DNA from: Naegleria gruberi
Taxonomy: Eukaryota
Assembly: GCA_000004985.1 (NCBI GenBank)
Contig: GG738845.1
Strand: one strand, 5' to 3'
Length of the DNA: 64,000 bases
Shown: piece after piece, positions 1-9,832 of the stretch
Numbering within the stretch: the first letter of the stretch is position 1
Layout: each line of letters begins with the position of its first letter
Translations under genes and position numbers: made by a program
The notes under the pieces: model-generated
What the model saw: only the letters and a program-made list of their open reading frames with translations
Database searches by the model: none
What the model was told of the DNA's origin: nothing

Positions 1-1728
1 GCGCAGAGAGTATTATCAAAAATAAGCAAGCAAGATACAGATCATTTCTCAATAATAGAACATCAAGTTTAGCTGAATCAAAAAACCAAAGACCGAGTAC
101 ATCCTTTGAAATGTACAAGAAGCAATTGTTGGATGCGGAAGAAAAATTTGATGCCTTGGACACAAGTTGGGCTGAATTTGGAATGACTTCTACATCTTCA
201 TTTCTGAAAAAAATTCAAACCCTAGACGTGAAAAAGAGTTCCATGAAAGAAATAGAGGACGATCTAAAACGAAAAATTAAAGAATTCAAGGAAAATGCCA
301 ATAAGAAAGACCTTCAAAACCATATTAAGGAAATTAAAATTCTCAAAATGAAAAGAAGAAAAGAGATGAAACAAGTCTACAAAAAAGACCTTATTTCAGA
401 GAATAAGTTTATTGCAGCATCACTTACCAAGGAAGCTAAAGATGAAAAGAGAGACCTCTTTTCAAGGCAACGAGAAGAAAGAATTAAACAGGCTCGAGAA
501 CAAAAATTACACAATTTACTGGAGAAGAGGGCTCGTACAGAAGACATGATCAAGGATCGAGAAATGGTATGTATTTTCGAATTAGTAAATTTAACTTGGG
601 TTATAGAGGGAAGAAATCAGAAATCAACAGCTCAAAAAAATTTCTCTTCATACTTCATGGAAAACTATAGTTACGATTATTAACTCATTGTACATAATTA
701 AAGAAAAGATTAAGCTCTCATACGAAGAACGAGAAAGAAAGAAGGAAACAATCGAGGAAGCCCCAATGTTGGACGTTCAAGATGCAGACTATGAAAAAAA
801 GAGACAATATTTCAATTTACTTTTTCGTGAAAAATACCAAAATACTCTGGATCGTATTAAAGAACTTATTGGTAATGGTGTGAGAAGATGGAGGGAGCAA
901 AAGAAATATGAATCAATTCTGTTGATAGCCAAATTTTTGACTGACTTGGCAGAGACGTATAGAATTCCTTTGGCTGTTTCTAAATTCAAAAATGCTGTAA
1001 TCAAGGTACAAAGAGCTTACAGAAGCTACTTGCAAATGAAGTCATCCCAAAAGTTATTGCATTTTCTTCAACTTGAAAAGTTTATTCAGAGAAGAGTGGA
1101 AAGAATCGAGAGAGAAATCTCCAAACTGTATAACGGTAAAAAGGGAACGAAACCTCAAGAGGTTAATAGCCAAACTCTTAACAAAATGATGAGTTCAGCA
1201 ACTTTAGGCGTTCAAAATTCGAAAGTACTCTTCGATTTAGTTGCCCAAAAAGAGGAAATTAAGAAAATACCGAAGTAAGTTGCAATTTTTTAAAATTCTG
1301 TACATAAAATTGATTTTAGAGAATTGAAAGAAGAGGTTGTAAATAGATACTATAACGAGAGAAGATCTGAGCATTTCAGAAAATTAAGACTCTTCGAAAA
1401 GGAGACAATGTCAATGAAAAAAGCCTCCGTGTTTTCAGACTTTAGGCCAAAACAAAGTTTCACTCTTTCTAAAAATGAATTACAATCCCTTTTCGATGAA
1501 TGCTACAGACGAACGAGAGAAGATATTCAACGAAGAGAACGATCTCACCTTGGTGGTATCAGAACTGAGTCTAAGATGAAATTAAACCCAGAGGCCCAAA
1601 AATCATCAAACCAGCTATTCAAACTAGCAAGAACAGCAACTAGAATAGCTGTTGGCTTTAAGAACATGTCAAAACCGTCAGAAACTCATCTTACATCACC
1701 TAAACCAGTACAATTTACAGAAAATTAA
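1..1728 (+). CDS. IQ-motif coiled-coil protein (5' partial, starts upstream of window). Exons approx 1..566, 709..1274, 1320..1728.
   Basis: Frame 3 is open from nt 3 into the ORF at 111, so the gene begins before the window. A GTATGT donor at 567 and an AG acceptor at 707-708 join ORF 111..683 to ORF 688..1278. A GTAAGT donor at 1275 and a TTTTAG acceptor at 1318-1319 join to ORF 1324..1728. The product is K/E-rich coiled coil with an IQ motif (VIKVQRAYRSYLQMK). It could be an axonemal IQ protein, but that is unverified. Confidence 0.5.
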
Positions 1729-1753
1729 GAATAAAGGTTTAAGAGATGCTTTA

Positions 1754-4114
1754 TTATGTACCGAAACGTTTTCTGTCAATAACAGGTGGTAAAAGTTCTT
1801 CTGTGTGAGTATTGTAATCGAATGAAGCCATTATCAGCTCATTACCACAAACAGATGAAAATCCAATCATATCTTCAGTCTTTCCTAATCTGTTTGCTAA
1901 AACATAATCCTTAATTTCAAGAGTACTGGAATCCAGAAGGAAGCAACGAGTCAAAGAGGTAACCAAATAGTACTTGAGTGAAAGTTGATGAAGAGAACTG
2001 ATTACTGCTTGGTTCAATTTTTCAGTAGGGAATGACAATGGAGAAATAATAGTTCTACGCTTGTTAGCATCAAAGACAGTAATGGTATTTGGATTGGAGA
2101 GAGAATAAAAGGCAGGACACACACTATCGCATGGATTTAAAAAGCCAATCTTGTATATAAATCCGTTATGTGTTGGTAATTCTATTTCAAAATGAACCTT
2201 ATTATTCTCAGAGATTAAACTCTCCAATCTATAACACAGTACAAGATTCCCTTTTGATACAATCACATACTTTTCATTAGCAATCAAGCCATTAATGGAA
2301 TTTGAAAATACTCTGAATGGTGAGTTTTCATTTTCGAGTGATGAATCAATCTTTGAGGATGGTAAATGGATTGATTGAACTGTCTTCTTTTCAATATTAA
2401 ATAATTGAAGAGTTGAACAATCTCTGGATGCAATTAAAAGGTGATTATTTCCTGCAAATGCTGTATAGTGACCAGGTACAACATTATATTCCTTATCAGA
2501 AAGGTTAATCTTATTTTCCAAAGAAACTCCTCCATTTTCATCTGTGGCAAGTGTTATTAAATAAGTGCAATCAACTGAAGCGACAGATATATGCTTTCCA
2601 TTTGGTGAAATGTCTGACATGGAACTATACCAGTTACCCTTACTTTTAATTTTGACTTGCATTAAAATTGAGGCTGGGTCATTCAAACTAACTTGTCTAT
2701 TCTCGATATTAGATTCTGGCAACTTTAAAAGTGTAATTTGATTAGCCAAATTATCATAAAGAGCCAATCTTGAACCCGTAGCAACTTTTAGCAAATCTCT
2801 GTTTGGTTTGATTCTTATTCTGTCAAAGATTTTATCCTTTAAATCTTGTTGTCTATAGAAAATTTCAGTCTTCATTCTCAAAATGGCACAATTAAGACCT
2901 CCAAAGTAAAGAGATTTTTCCTTCTCGCAATATACCATGTCCAATAAATCATGGAGGGATGGTCTCTTTTTAATGACAGAGACATACTTCTTGCCAACTT
3001 CTTTGTACATGGAAATACTTCCATCAACACCTGTTGAATAAATAACACCAGGTTTTTGGATGCAAATTCTCAATACATCACCATCATGTCCCTTAACTGA
3101 GTTAACAATAGCTCCTAAACGATAGTCACAAAAGTGAATATTTCCCTCAGAATCACCAACAACCATAATGCTATCATTGAGTATTTCCATACACCAACAG
3201 AATGAGTTCTTTAAGGAAATTTTGTAGACAAGTGTTCTCTTATTGAGGTCAAAACAATAAACTCCGGTCATCCCACCAACAAGTACCTTATTACCTCCAT
3301 CAATAATCTTCGTGGTTAGCATTCTATGACTATTTTCACAATGCTTATATTTCTTTCCACTAGGTGGTTCATTGGTTCTTGAAGGTGCAAGGAAGAATTT
3401 CAAACTCAAGTCTTCATCGTTAATAAGTCTTACTGCTCCATCTTCACAAGCAATAGCAATTAAATTCTTTTCAGCACAATGATCCATACTCCAAATAGCA
3501 CCTCCCAAAACTGAAGTAGAAATTCTCTTCGGGCTTTGTCTTTCCAAATCCCACTCTGTAATCATTCCATGGAGACCTGCTGTGAAAAGTCTATTATCTC
3601 CTGTCCATATTATTGACTCTATTGTAGTTCCAATCTTTCCTGGTAATCTCTTAATAAGAGTACAATTTTCAATTGGACGATTAGTGTCTACACTACTTTT
3701 TTGACCATCAATTGACCAAATTTCAATTTCACTATTAAACCTAGCAACAGCTAAAAGTGATTGAGTAGGATTAAAACAAAGTCTCTTAATAGCTGAAATG
3801 TGAATATTTTTAGTAACATTTAATTCATCAACAATAAAACTACTATTACGATGTGTTGTTGGTTGATGTTCTCTTTTTACTTTCTTTTCTTCAACATGTT
3901 CAATTGTGTTGTTGTTGTTAGTAGTGGTTGTAATAATTTTGTCTCCATATTTTGCTGTTGTGTTTGCTGATGTTGGTTCACTCACTTCATCTTCACGAGG
4001 AGTTGATTCTAAAACCTTTTTTGCTGAAGAATGCTGTTGTTGATGCTTTCTCTTCTTTGAGGAGTTTGGTGTTGCAACTTTCTTCATTTTTTTTGTAGAG
4101 CAAATTTTCTTCAT
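1754..4114 (-). CDS. UTP4: U3 snoRNP / SSU processome protein UTP4 (Cirhin), WD40
   Basis: There is strong colinear similarity to human cirhin. RLFTAGLHGMITEWDL...GGAIWSMD...IACEDGAVRL matches RLFSAGLNGEIMEYDL...GGPIWSMA...VGCEDGSVKL. The C-terminus PPVIDRKRFGT matches PPPIKKKKFGT. The ORF track N-terminus at 4243 probably over-extends; likely ATGs are at 4114 or 4087 (MKKICS / MKKVATP). Confidence 0.8.
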   Translation of the reverse strand: MKKICSTKKMKKVATPNSSKKRKHQQQHSSAKKVLESTPREDEVSEPTSANTTAKYGDKIITTTTNNNNTIEHVEEKKVKREHQPTTHRNSSFIVDELNVTKNIHISAIKRLCFNPTQSLLAVARFNSEIEIWSIDGQKSSVDTNRPIENCTLIKRLPGKIGTTIESIIWTGDNRLFTAGLHGMITEWDLERQSPKRISTSVLGGAIWSMDHCAEKNLIAIACEDGAVRLINDEDLSLKFFLAPSRTNEPPSGKKYKHCENSHRMLTTKIIDGGNKVLVGGMTGVYCFDLNKRTLVYKISLKNSFCWCMEILNDSIMVVGDSEGNIHFCDYRLGAIVNSVKGHDGDVLRICIQKPGVIYSTGVDGSISMYKEVGKKYVSVIKKRPSLHDLLDMVYCEKEKSLYFGGLNCAILRMKTEIFYRQQDLKDKIFDRIRIKPNRDLLKVATGSRLALYDNLANQITLLKLPESNIENRQVSLNDPASILMQVKIKSKGNWYSSMSDISPNGKHISVASVDCTYLITLATDENGGVSLENKINLSDKEYNVVPGHYTAFAGNNHLLIASRDCSTLQLFNIEKKTVQSIHLPSSKIDSSLENENSPFRVFSNSINGLIANEKYVIVSKGNLVLCYRLESLISENNKVHFEIELPTHNGFIYKIGFLNPCDSVCPAFYSLSNPNTITVFDANKRRTIISPLSFPTEKLNQAVISSLHQLSLKYYLVTSLTRCFLLDSSTLEIKDYVLANRLGKTEDMIGFSSVCGNELIMASFDYNTHTEELLPPVIDRKRFGT

Positions 4115-4287
4115 CAACAAGAAGAATGAAATTAGTGGTGTAAATAAATTGGTGAAAGGAAAATCAGTTCTGACAGCAGAAAAACCGAAGCTAATTGATA
4201 AAGACATTAAATCATCTAACTCTTCATCAAAGTCATTCAACAACGATTATTACTAGCTAAAAATTGAAAAATTCTTCAACAAAAAAA

Positions 4288-5844
4288 ATGAGCGGCATTT
4301 CAGCGTTTTTAGGGCAAGGTGGAAGCAAACCAACTTTCATCCCCTCTAACAATTATAGAGGAGAAAAACCATCAAATAGGCACTCTGAAAAATCATCGGA
4401 TCACTCAGGTGATCATCATGGTGTTTCTTTTGGAGGCTCTTATATTAAACACATTTCCGAAAATGATAGACCAATGAGAAGAAGAGACTATAACAATAGA
4501 GACTCCAACTATAGAGGAAATAATAGAGGAGGTAAAAGAGATTTTAATAATAGAGGCCGTGATTACAGAAAGGATTTTTATGGTGGATATTACAAGAGAG
4601 AAGATGAGTTTGGTTCTAAATCATTGCCTGAAGAAAAGGATGAAGAGTCAAAAGCTGAGGAAGAAGCTTTGGCTCTCAAATTGGCCGAACAAGATGAGTC
4701 TCTCCAAGCAATTGGTTCCGAATTTTTTATTCCTGTCGAACAAGAATATGACATGTTTTTAAAGAAGTTAGTTAATTGGAAAAACGATTCTCACTCAATT
4801 TCACAGAAAATGAACGATGGTGCACAACTCAAACAATTTAGAGAATATGATGAAGAAGCGTCACAGCAAACAAAAGATTTAATGCTTCAGATATTCAAAT
4901 CAAACAGTCAAACTCAAGCTCCAAAGAGTATTTGTGCTACCACTGATAGAGAGCTAACATCTACTTTTAAAAATTCAGTCTCTGACATTCAAGAAGATGT
5001 TGCTAGAGGAAGAAACAAAAATTATGGACTTTTAGATAAGACAATCCTTCACTATGAGGATATCATGTACTCACTGTGGAAAGCTCCACTTGTTACAGAC
5101 AGAAAATCAGAAAAGGATACAGAATCAACTTTGGAAGAGGATAGTTTTGCAAAATTCCATGAAGAATTCGAACGAGAAAATAATGAGAAAAAAGAAATTG
5201 ATACCTTTTCTAAATTTGCCGATGAATTATTCGAAAAATGTACAGACCTATATAGAATTGCAGAAAAAGCTCCACTCTTTGATGTTACCCAAGATGAACA
5301 AATGCAAGAAGCTATTCAATCTGTTATAGATACCTCTAAGAAATCTGTATATAAGAATACCGATGGTCCACACGATGCTGGACATTTATTTTTTGCTGTT
5401 TCTGATTTATTAGGTAGAAAAGATGAGAGAGAATACGCATCAGACAGAAAAGCAGACAAATCACTCACCAACAATAATCCAAAACGATCTCGTGATGACT
5501 ATGAAAGTGAGGAAGAGAATTTGGAAGAAGATAGACAAGTCAAAGCCACCACCACCTTTGAATTACTGGGTGATAGATTCAGGTTATTACCAGAAATTCA
5601 CAAATATGAGAATTATCTAAAACGTTCTATGGGTGTTACTGGACTTGATTACAATGGAAAAACCTCACTCAATAACAGAAAAAAGCAAATACGACTTGAT
5701 TCCTCAGTTGCCATGCGACACGAATGGATGGATAAGGAACCAAAAGAAACTGCTAAGTTGGCTACCCCTCATACCCATCTCTCAAAAATGGTTCTCTCAC
5801 TGAGCGAAAAATGTAAACAAGTTGTAGATAGTCTGCTCTATTAA
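4288..5844 (+). CDS. Hypothetical acidic protein with an N-terminal RG/RGG-rich region
   Basis: This is a long ORF. The first ATG is at 4288, in an aaaaaaaATG context; the track start at 4264 is a TTG. The N-terminus carries an RGG/RG-rich low-complexity stretch (NNRDSNYRGNNRGGKRDFNNRGRDYRKDFYGGYY). No family could be assigned confidently. Confidence 0.45.
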   Translation: MSGISAFLGQGGSKPTFIPSNNYRGEKPSNRHSEKSSDHSGDHHGVSFGGSYIKHISENDRPMRRRDYNNRDSNYRGNNRGGKRDFNNRGRDYRKDFYGGYYKREDEFGSKSLPEEKDEESKAEEEALALKLAEQDESLQAIGSEFFIPVEQEYDMFLKKLVNWKNDSHSISQKMNDGAQLKQFREYDEEASQQTKDLMLQIFKSNSQTQAPKSICATTDRELTSTFKNSVSDIQEDVARGRNKNYGLLDKTILHYEDIMYSLWKAPLVTDRKSEKDTESTLEEDSFAKFHEEFERENNEKKEIDTFSKFADELFEKCTDLYRIAEKAPLFDVTQDEQMQEAIQSVIDTSKKSVYKNTDGPHDAGHLFFAVSDLLGRKDEREYASDRKADKSLTNNNPKRSRDDYESEEENLEEDRQVKATTTFELLGDRFRLLPEIHKYENYLKRSMGVTGLDYNGKTSLNNRKKQIRLDSSVAMRHEWMDKEPKETAKLATPHTHLSKMVLSLSEKCKQVVDSLLY

Positions 5845-5909
5845 AGAAGAATTGTTTTTTACCCCCAAATTAAATTTGATTTTTATTGTTGTAAACTCCC
5901 TTCAAAAAA

Positions 5910-8900
5910 ATGGGTAGAAAGCAAAAGCAGCAAGCTGGTAATTTTGTTTTTTTAATGTCGTCTAGTTGCTCTACCACATTGATAGTAATACTAATTCTTA
6001 CTTCATGTTTTATTATAGGAAATGTTGAGGGATGGAGACCTTTGGCTAGATTTTTACCTATCGGAGGTGATCAAGTCGATGACTTTGGCAACAGAAATGG
6101 ACAATATGCCACACGAAAATTAATTTATTCTTCTAGTAGGATGATTTTGGATGTTTATCCTTCCTCTAATACTTCACAATGTTATGAACAAATAATAGAA
6201 CCGTCCGATATATTACAGATGGATGAAAAAAGTTTGATTTCTCAACAATTTCATATCTTGCAAAGACCTTTTGAAAATGGAGATTTCAACGAACAAATGT
6301 ACAGAACAAAACAAATTGTTAATAGATATAATGTGACAAACCAATTATATATTTTGAAATATGCTAAAACTCAATTACCACAACCATTTAAAATCATACA
6401 AATCCCTAATACCGATGAAAAAATAATGTGCAGAAGAGATGGATATTTAACATCTTTATTATTCGATAATCATCAATCTACCATTTTATACAGTACTGGA
6501 TTTGTAAATCTTTTGGATTGCGTATACGTGGAGGAAAATGGTGTTGATACTATTATTGTTGTTGGTATTCAAAATATTGAAGGAGGAGCTGCCACTGCAA
6601 CCATTATGAAAATTGATTGGAGGAACAGTGCGTCAAGATCAACAACTTTATTTACTCTTCACACATTCGATACAACTTATTTTGCCAGTTTTATTGGAAA
6701 AATAATGTTAACAAAAACTCAATCTATGGTTATTCTTGTTGGATCAACTACCGAAGATATATTAAGGCTTTACCATGTTACCTATAGTTTTGTTTTTTAT
6801 GTTGGAACCATTATTGATCTTCAACAATACTTGCCTCGTACCTATAAGCCTCCTCTACTTTCAAACCAATTGGAATTACCATGTCAAATATTTCAAAATA
6901 ATACAATCACTCTCTATACAGTAGTAATGGAGGAGTATAGATCAATAGCTATTTTAGAAATTAAAGGCGAAGATAAGGGCTCATTCAGTGTTTCAAGAGT
7001 TTTACCCATCTTGGATATTCCTCGAAATGAGAGCTCGATTTCGAACATTTTCCTTCTAAATAATAATGCCAATCTCTTAGCCGTCTCATATGCAAACAGT
7101 ACCAGATATGTGTCACATATTTACGCAGATACTTCTAGCAATAATATGTTAAAATATGAAACAAGAGCATTTGGTATGAAAGATATAGCAAATATAATTA
7201 ATCTAAAACAAGTACACTTTTGCAATGTATTTGATACTATTTTTTTAATGGAAATAAGAGAAAGATCCATTCAAACATTTACTATCACTACAAAGAATCT
7301 CTACCCAGAACTTGTGAATGATATCAAACGATTCGAAAGTGATTGGAGACCTGATAAGATTGATGGCAAAAAAATTCAGGTCTTGGATTTGGTATTCGAT
7401 AGTGATAATTCTACGTACATCAGTTCAAATAGCAGCTCAGTAGCTGATATTAGATATGAGATTGACAATGCTGACATTGGCATCAAAGCATCAGTAATTC
7501 ACTTATTGCGTATTGATTTTGATGTGAAAAGTTTTACAATCAGAGCTATCAATTCACTTTCTATTGTATACTACAATTTACCTTCCAGTGTCACCAAGGA
7601 TCTCTCTTCTTTCTTTCCCTACTCTAACAATACCATAGTTTTTACAATTAATACAGTCAATAACACAGTTGAATATACTGAACTCTTTGAGTTTGATACA
7701 TTCGCATGGATTCAAAATGTAAGAAAAGAATTTAATGATATTAGCACAGACGACACAATGTACATTTTCGACGATCATCTCTATTTAACCAACTCTACAA
7801 CAGGTGCACTCGTTACAAACTTGGAAAATTACAAGATTCAATATATTACATTTCCAAACCTTACTCAAATAGATCCTTTGGATAAAACCGTCAAAATCAG
7901 TACGGTTTTGCATAAGAACATGTCTGAATATCTTGAAACAGTTCCAAAACCTGTTTTTCCACATGAGCAATACATGTTTTTTGCGACCTCAAGAGGTTAC
8001 ATTTACCAAATGTCAATGGAGGGACTAAATTCACAAATAATAACTGAAAATACTATTTTTGTTGGAAACAGCTCGTGGATACCTATGTCAGGCCTATTTT
8101 TCAACCTCCATCTCTACCTTACTTTCTATCCTGGCCATATTCTCGACATTGAATACAAGGAAATATTTTTAAATGGTAAATACCAACTTTATCCTTACAA
8201 GAAGGAATTTTACGAGTTGGCCTTTCTTAATGATATATCAATGGGAAAGAAGTCTACCATGTGGACAGCTCAGCTTGATTGCTATGCTGAGTATACTTAT
8301 TTCACAGGTGATAAGGAGGCAATTTACAAGTTAGAAATGAGAAATGTTCCACTCTCACTGTACGATATTGAATCTGTGAATATTAATAACATTGCAGATA
8401 TGAAAGCATCTGATAATAGTGGTATGCTCTATTTAATAGACTATAACGGTAACATTTTGATAAGAGACATCTCCTTGTATCCTGATGTGAGATTCTATCT
8501 TGTCATTGCAGTAATTTCTCTTTTGGGTATTACTTTACTGGTTGTTAGTATTGTGTGTATTATTCCTGTAATAATGAGATACAGAAGGAGAAAACTCATA
8601 TTTGAGAAGAGAAAGACCTTTAGAGAACTTGTTAAAAACAAGACAACTAATACTAAGTTCATTCTAGAAAGAAGACTCTATGTTGTGGATCCTTATATCT
8701 TATTTGTAAAGAAGAAATATTTTGCTCCCGACATTATCACTCACAGAAGTGTGGGTCCTCATGGTATTATGTTTGAAGCAACTATTCATAACTCGCCAGT
8801 CATGCTCAAAAAGATAACAACCAGTCTCAAAGTGTACAGACAAGATTTGGAAGAGGAAGCAATGAAGTTGGTATCTATACGTCACAAAAATGTACAGAAA

Positions 8901-9734
8901 TATGTTGGATTATCAGTGGATGATCAAAACAACAAGTATATTGTATATGAAAAACTTCCAGATTTTGAAGGATCCCTTAGAGATTACATTGATTATGGCA
9001 TACTCAAACACCAAACAATTTCAGAAGAGAAAATTTCTACTTACGAAAAGTTCTCAATATCATTCCAAGAAAAACTTGTCTTGCTAAGAGATACTATTAA
9101 TGGACTTCAATACCTACACAAAAAGGGAATAACAATGTGGGGCAACTTGAAGCCATCCAATATTCTCATTCATTTTGTTGAGCCCGAAGAAACCACCAAT
9201 ACCATTCAAGAGCATTTGGACAAGTCCTATCTCACTTCCAGTCAAGCCAATTTTATTTCTGGTAGAAATGTAGCAAAAATAACTGATTATGCTTTCCTTC
9301 ACTATTGTAAAGGTGTAATCTATAAGCCAGAAGATTTAATTTATACAAGCCCTGAGGCCCTTGAAAATGAAACATCTAAATCAGAAGCGTCTGTAGATAT
9401 ATATAGTTTCGCTCTTGTAATGTTTGCTCTTATATTTATGATATCTCCATGTGAGGATGTTCCATCAATTAATACCAGCAAGCCATCCATACCATTCGAT
9501 AGTAACAATGACGAGGCAGTATGGGAATGGTTCTCAAACTCATACAGTAACGATGACTATTTAGGAATGCTAAATTACAACATTTTAAATCATGATAATA
9601 CCAAAGTCAAACAGACTACGATTAAGAATATTAAGAAAATAGTTTCCATGATTGAGAAGATGTGGTCGAGTGATCCTTCATCACGCCCATCAATTCGTGA
9701 AGTTATTGAATTGTTCAAAGAAGTTATTGTTTAA
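5910..9734 (+). CDS. Receptor-like type I membrane protein with an intracellular pseudokinase domain
   Basis: It has a signal peptide, a roughly 840-aa ectodomain rich in NxS/T sites, and one TM helix (FYLVIAVISLLGITLLVVSIVCIIPVIM) followed by RRRK. The cytoplasmic part has a kinase fold with degenerate motifs. The Gly loop is HRSVGPHG. HRDLKPxN is replaced by MWGNLKPSN, so the catalytic Asp is Asn. DFG is replaced by DYA and APE by SPE. Confidence 0.6.
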   Translation: MGRKQKQQAGNFVFLMSSSCSTTLIVILILTSCFIIGNVEGWRPLARFLPIGGDQVDDFGNRNGQYATRKLIYSSSRMILDVYPSSNTSQCYEQIIEPSDILQMDEKSLISQQFHILQRPFENGDFNEQMYRTKQIVNRYNVTNQLYILKYAKTQLPQPFKIIQIPNTDEKIMCRRDGYLTSLLFDNHQSTILYSTGFVNLLDCVYVEENGVDTIIVVGIQNIEGGAATATIMKIDWRNSASRSTTLFTLHTFDTTYFASFIGKIMLTKTQSMVILVGSTTEDILRLYHVTYSFVFYVGTIIDLQQYLPRTYKPPLLSNQLELPCQIFQNNTITLYTVVMEEYRSIAILEIKGEDKGSFSVSRVLPILDIPRNESSISNIFLLNNNANLLAVSYANSTRYVSHIYADTSSNNMLKYETRAFGMKDIANIINLKQVHFCNVFDTIFLMEIRERSIQTFTITTKNLYPELVNDIKRFESDWRPDKIDGKKIQVLDLVFDSDNSTYISSNSSSVADIRYEIDNADIGIKASVIHLLRIDFDVKSFTIRAINSLSIVYYNLPSSVTKDLSSFFPYSNNTIVFTINTVNNTVEYTELFEFDTFAWIQNVRKEFNDISTDDTMYIFDDHLYLTNSTTGALVTNLENYKIQYITFPNLTQIDPLDKTVKISTVLHKNMSEYLETVPKPVFPHEQYMFFATSRGYIYQMSMEGLNSQIITENTIFVGNSSWIPMSGLFFNLHLYLTFYPGHILDIEYKEIFLNGKYQLYPYKKEFYELAFLNDISMGKKSTMWTAQLDCYAEYTYFTGDKEAIYKLEMRNVPLSLYDIESVNINNIADMKASDNSGMLYLIDYNGNILIRDISLYPDVRFYLVIAVISLLGITLLVVSIVCIIPVIMRYRRRKLIFEKRKTFRELVKNKTTNTKFILERRLYVVDPYILFVKKKYFAPDIITHRSVGPHGIMFEATIHNSPVMLKKITTSLKVYRQDLEEEAMKLVSIRHKNVQKYVGLSVDDQNNKYIVYEKLPDFEGSLRDYIDYGILKHQTISEEKISTYEKFSISFQEKLVLLRDTINGLQYLHKKGITMWGNLKPSNILIHFVEPEETTNTIQEHLDKSYLTSSQANFISGRNVAKITDYAFLHYCKGVIYKPEDLIYTSPEALENETSKSEASVDIYSFALVMFALIFMISPCEDVPSINTSKPSIPFDSNNDEAVWEWFSNSYSNDDYLGMLNYNILNHDNTKVKQTTIKNIKKIVSMIEKMWSSDPSSRPSIREVIELFKEVIV

Positions 9735-9832
9735 GCAAGTAATTGTAAATCACTGTAATTTTATTTCTGTGGTACAACAAATATGAATGGTCTTTAAACG
9801 AACTCTTCTCAAAAAAAATAAAACTTTGAAAG

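Noticed and set aside
4115-4243. N-terminal extensions of ORF-track entries upstream of the first ATG. Examples are UTP4 at 4243, the gene at 4264, 13968, IRE1 upstream of 21797, 35537, DRC2 at 38420, INTS3 at 48315, 46362..47321 and 53294..56476.
   Set aside because: The ORF tool starts at TTG/GTG/CTG or at the most upstream Met. In several cases the sequence at the start is an internal exon, as in the ABAT, Ctf4 and sirtuin-like genes. True starts were chosen from ATG plus A-run context or from spliced upstream exons.
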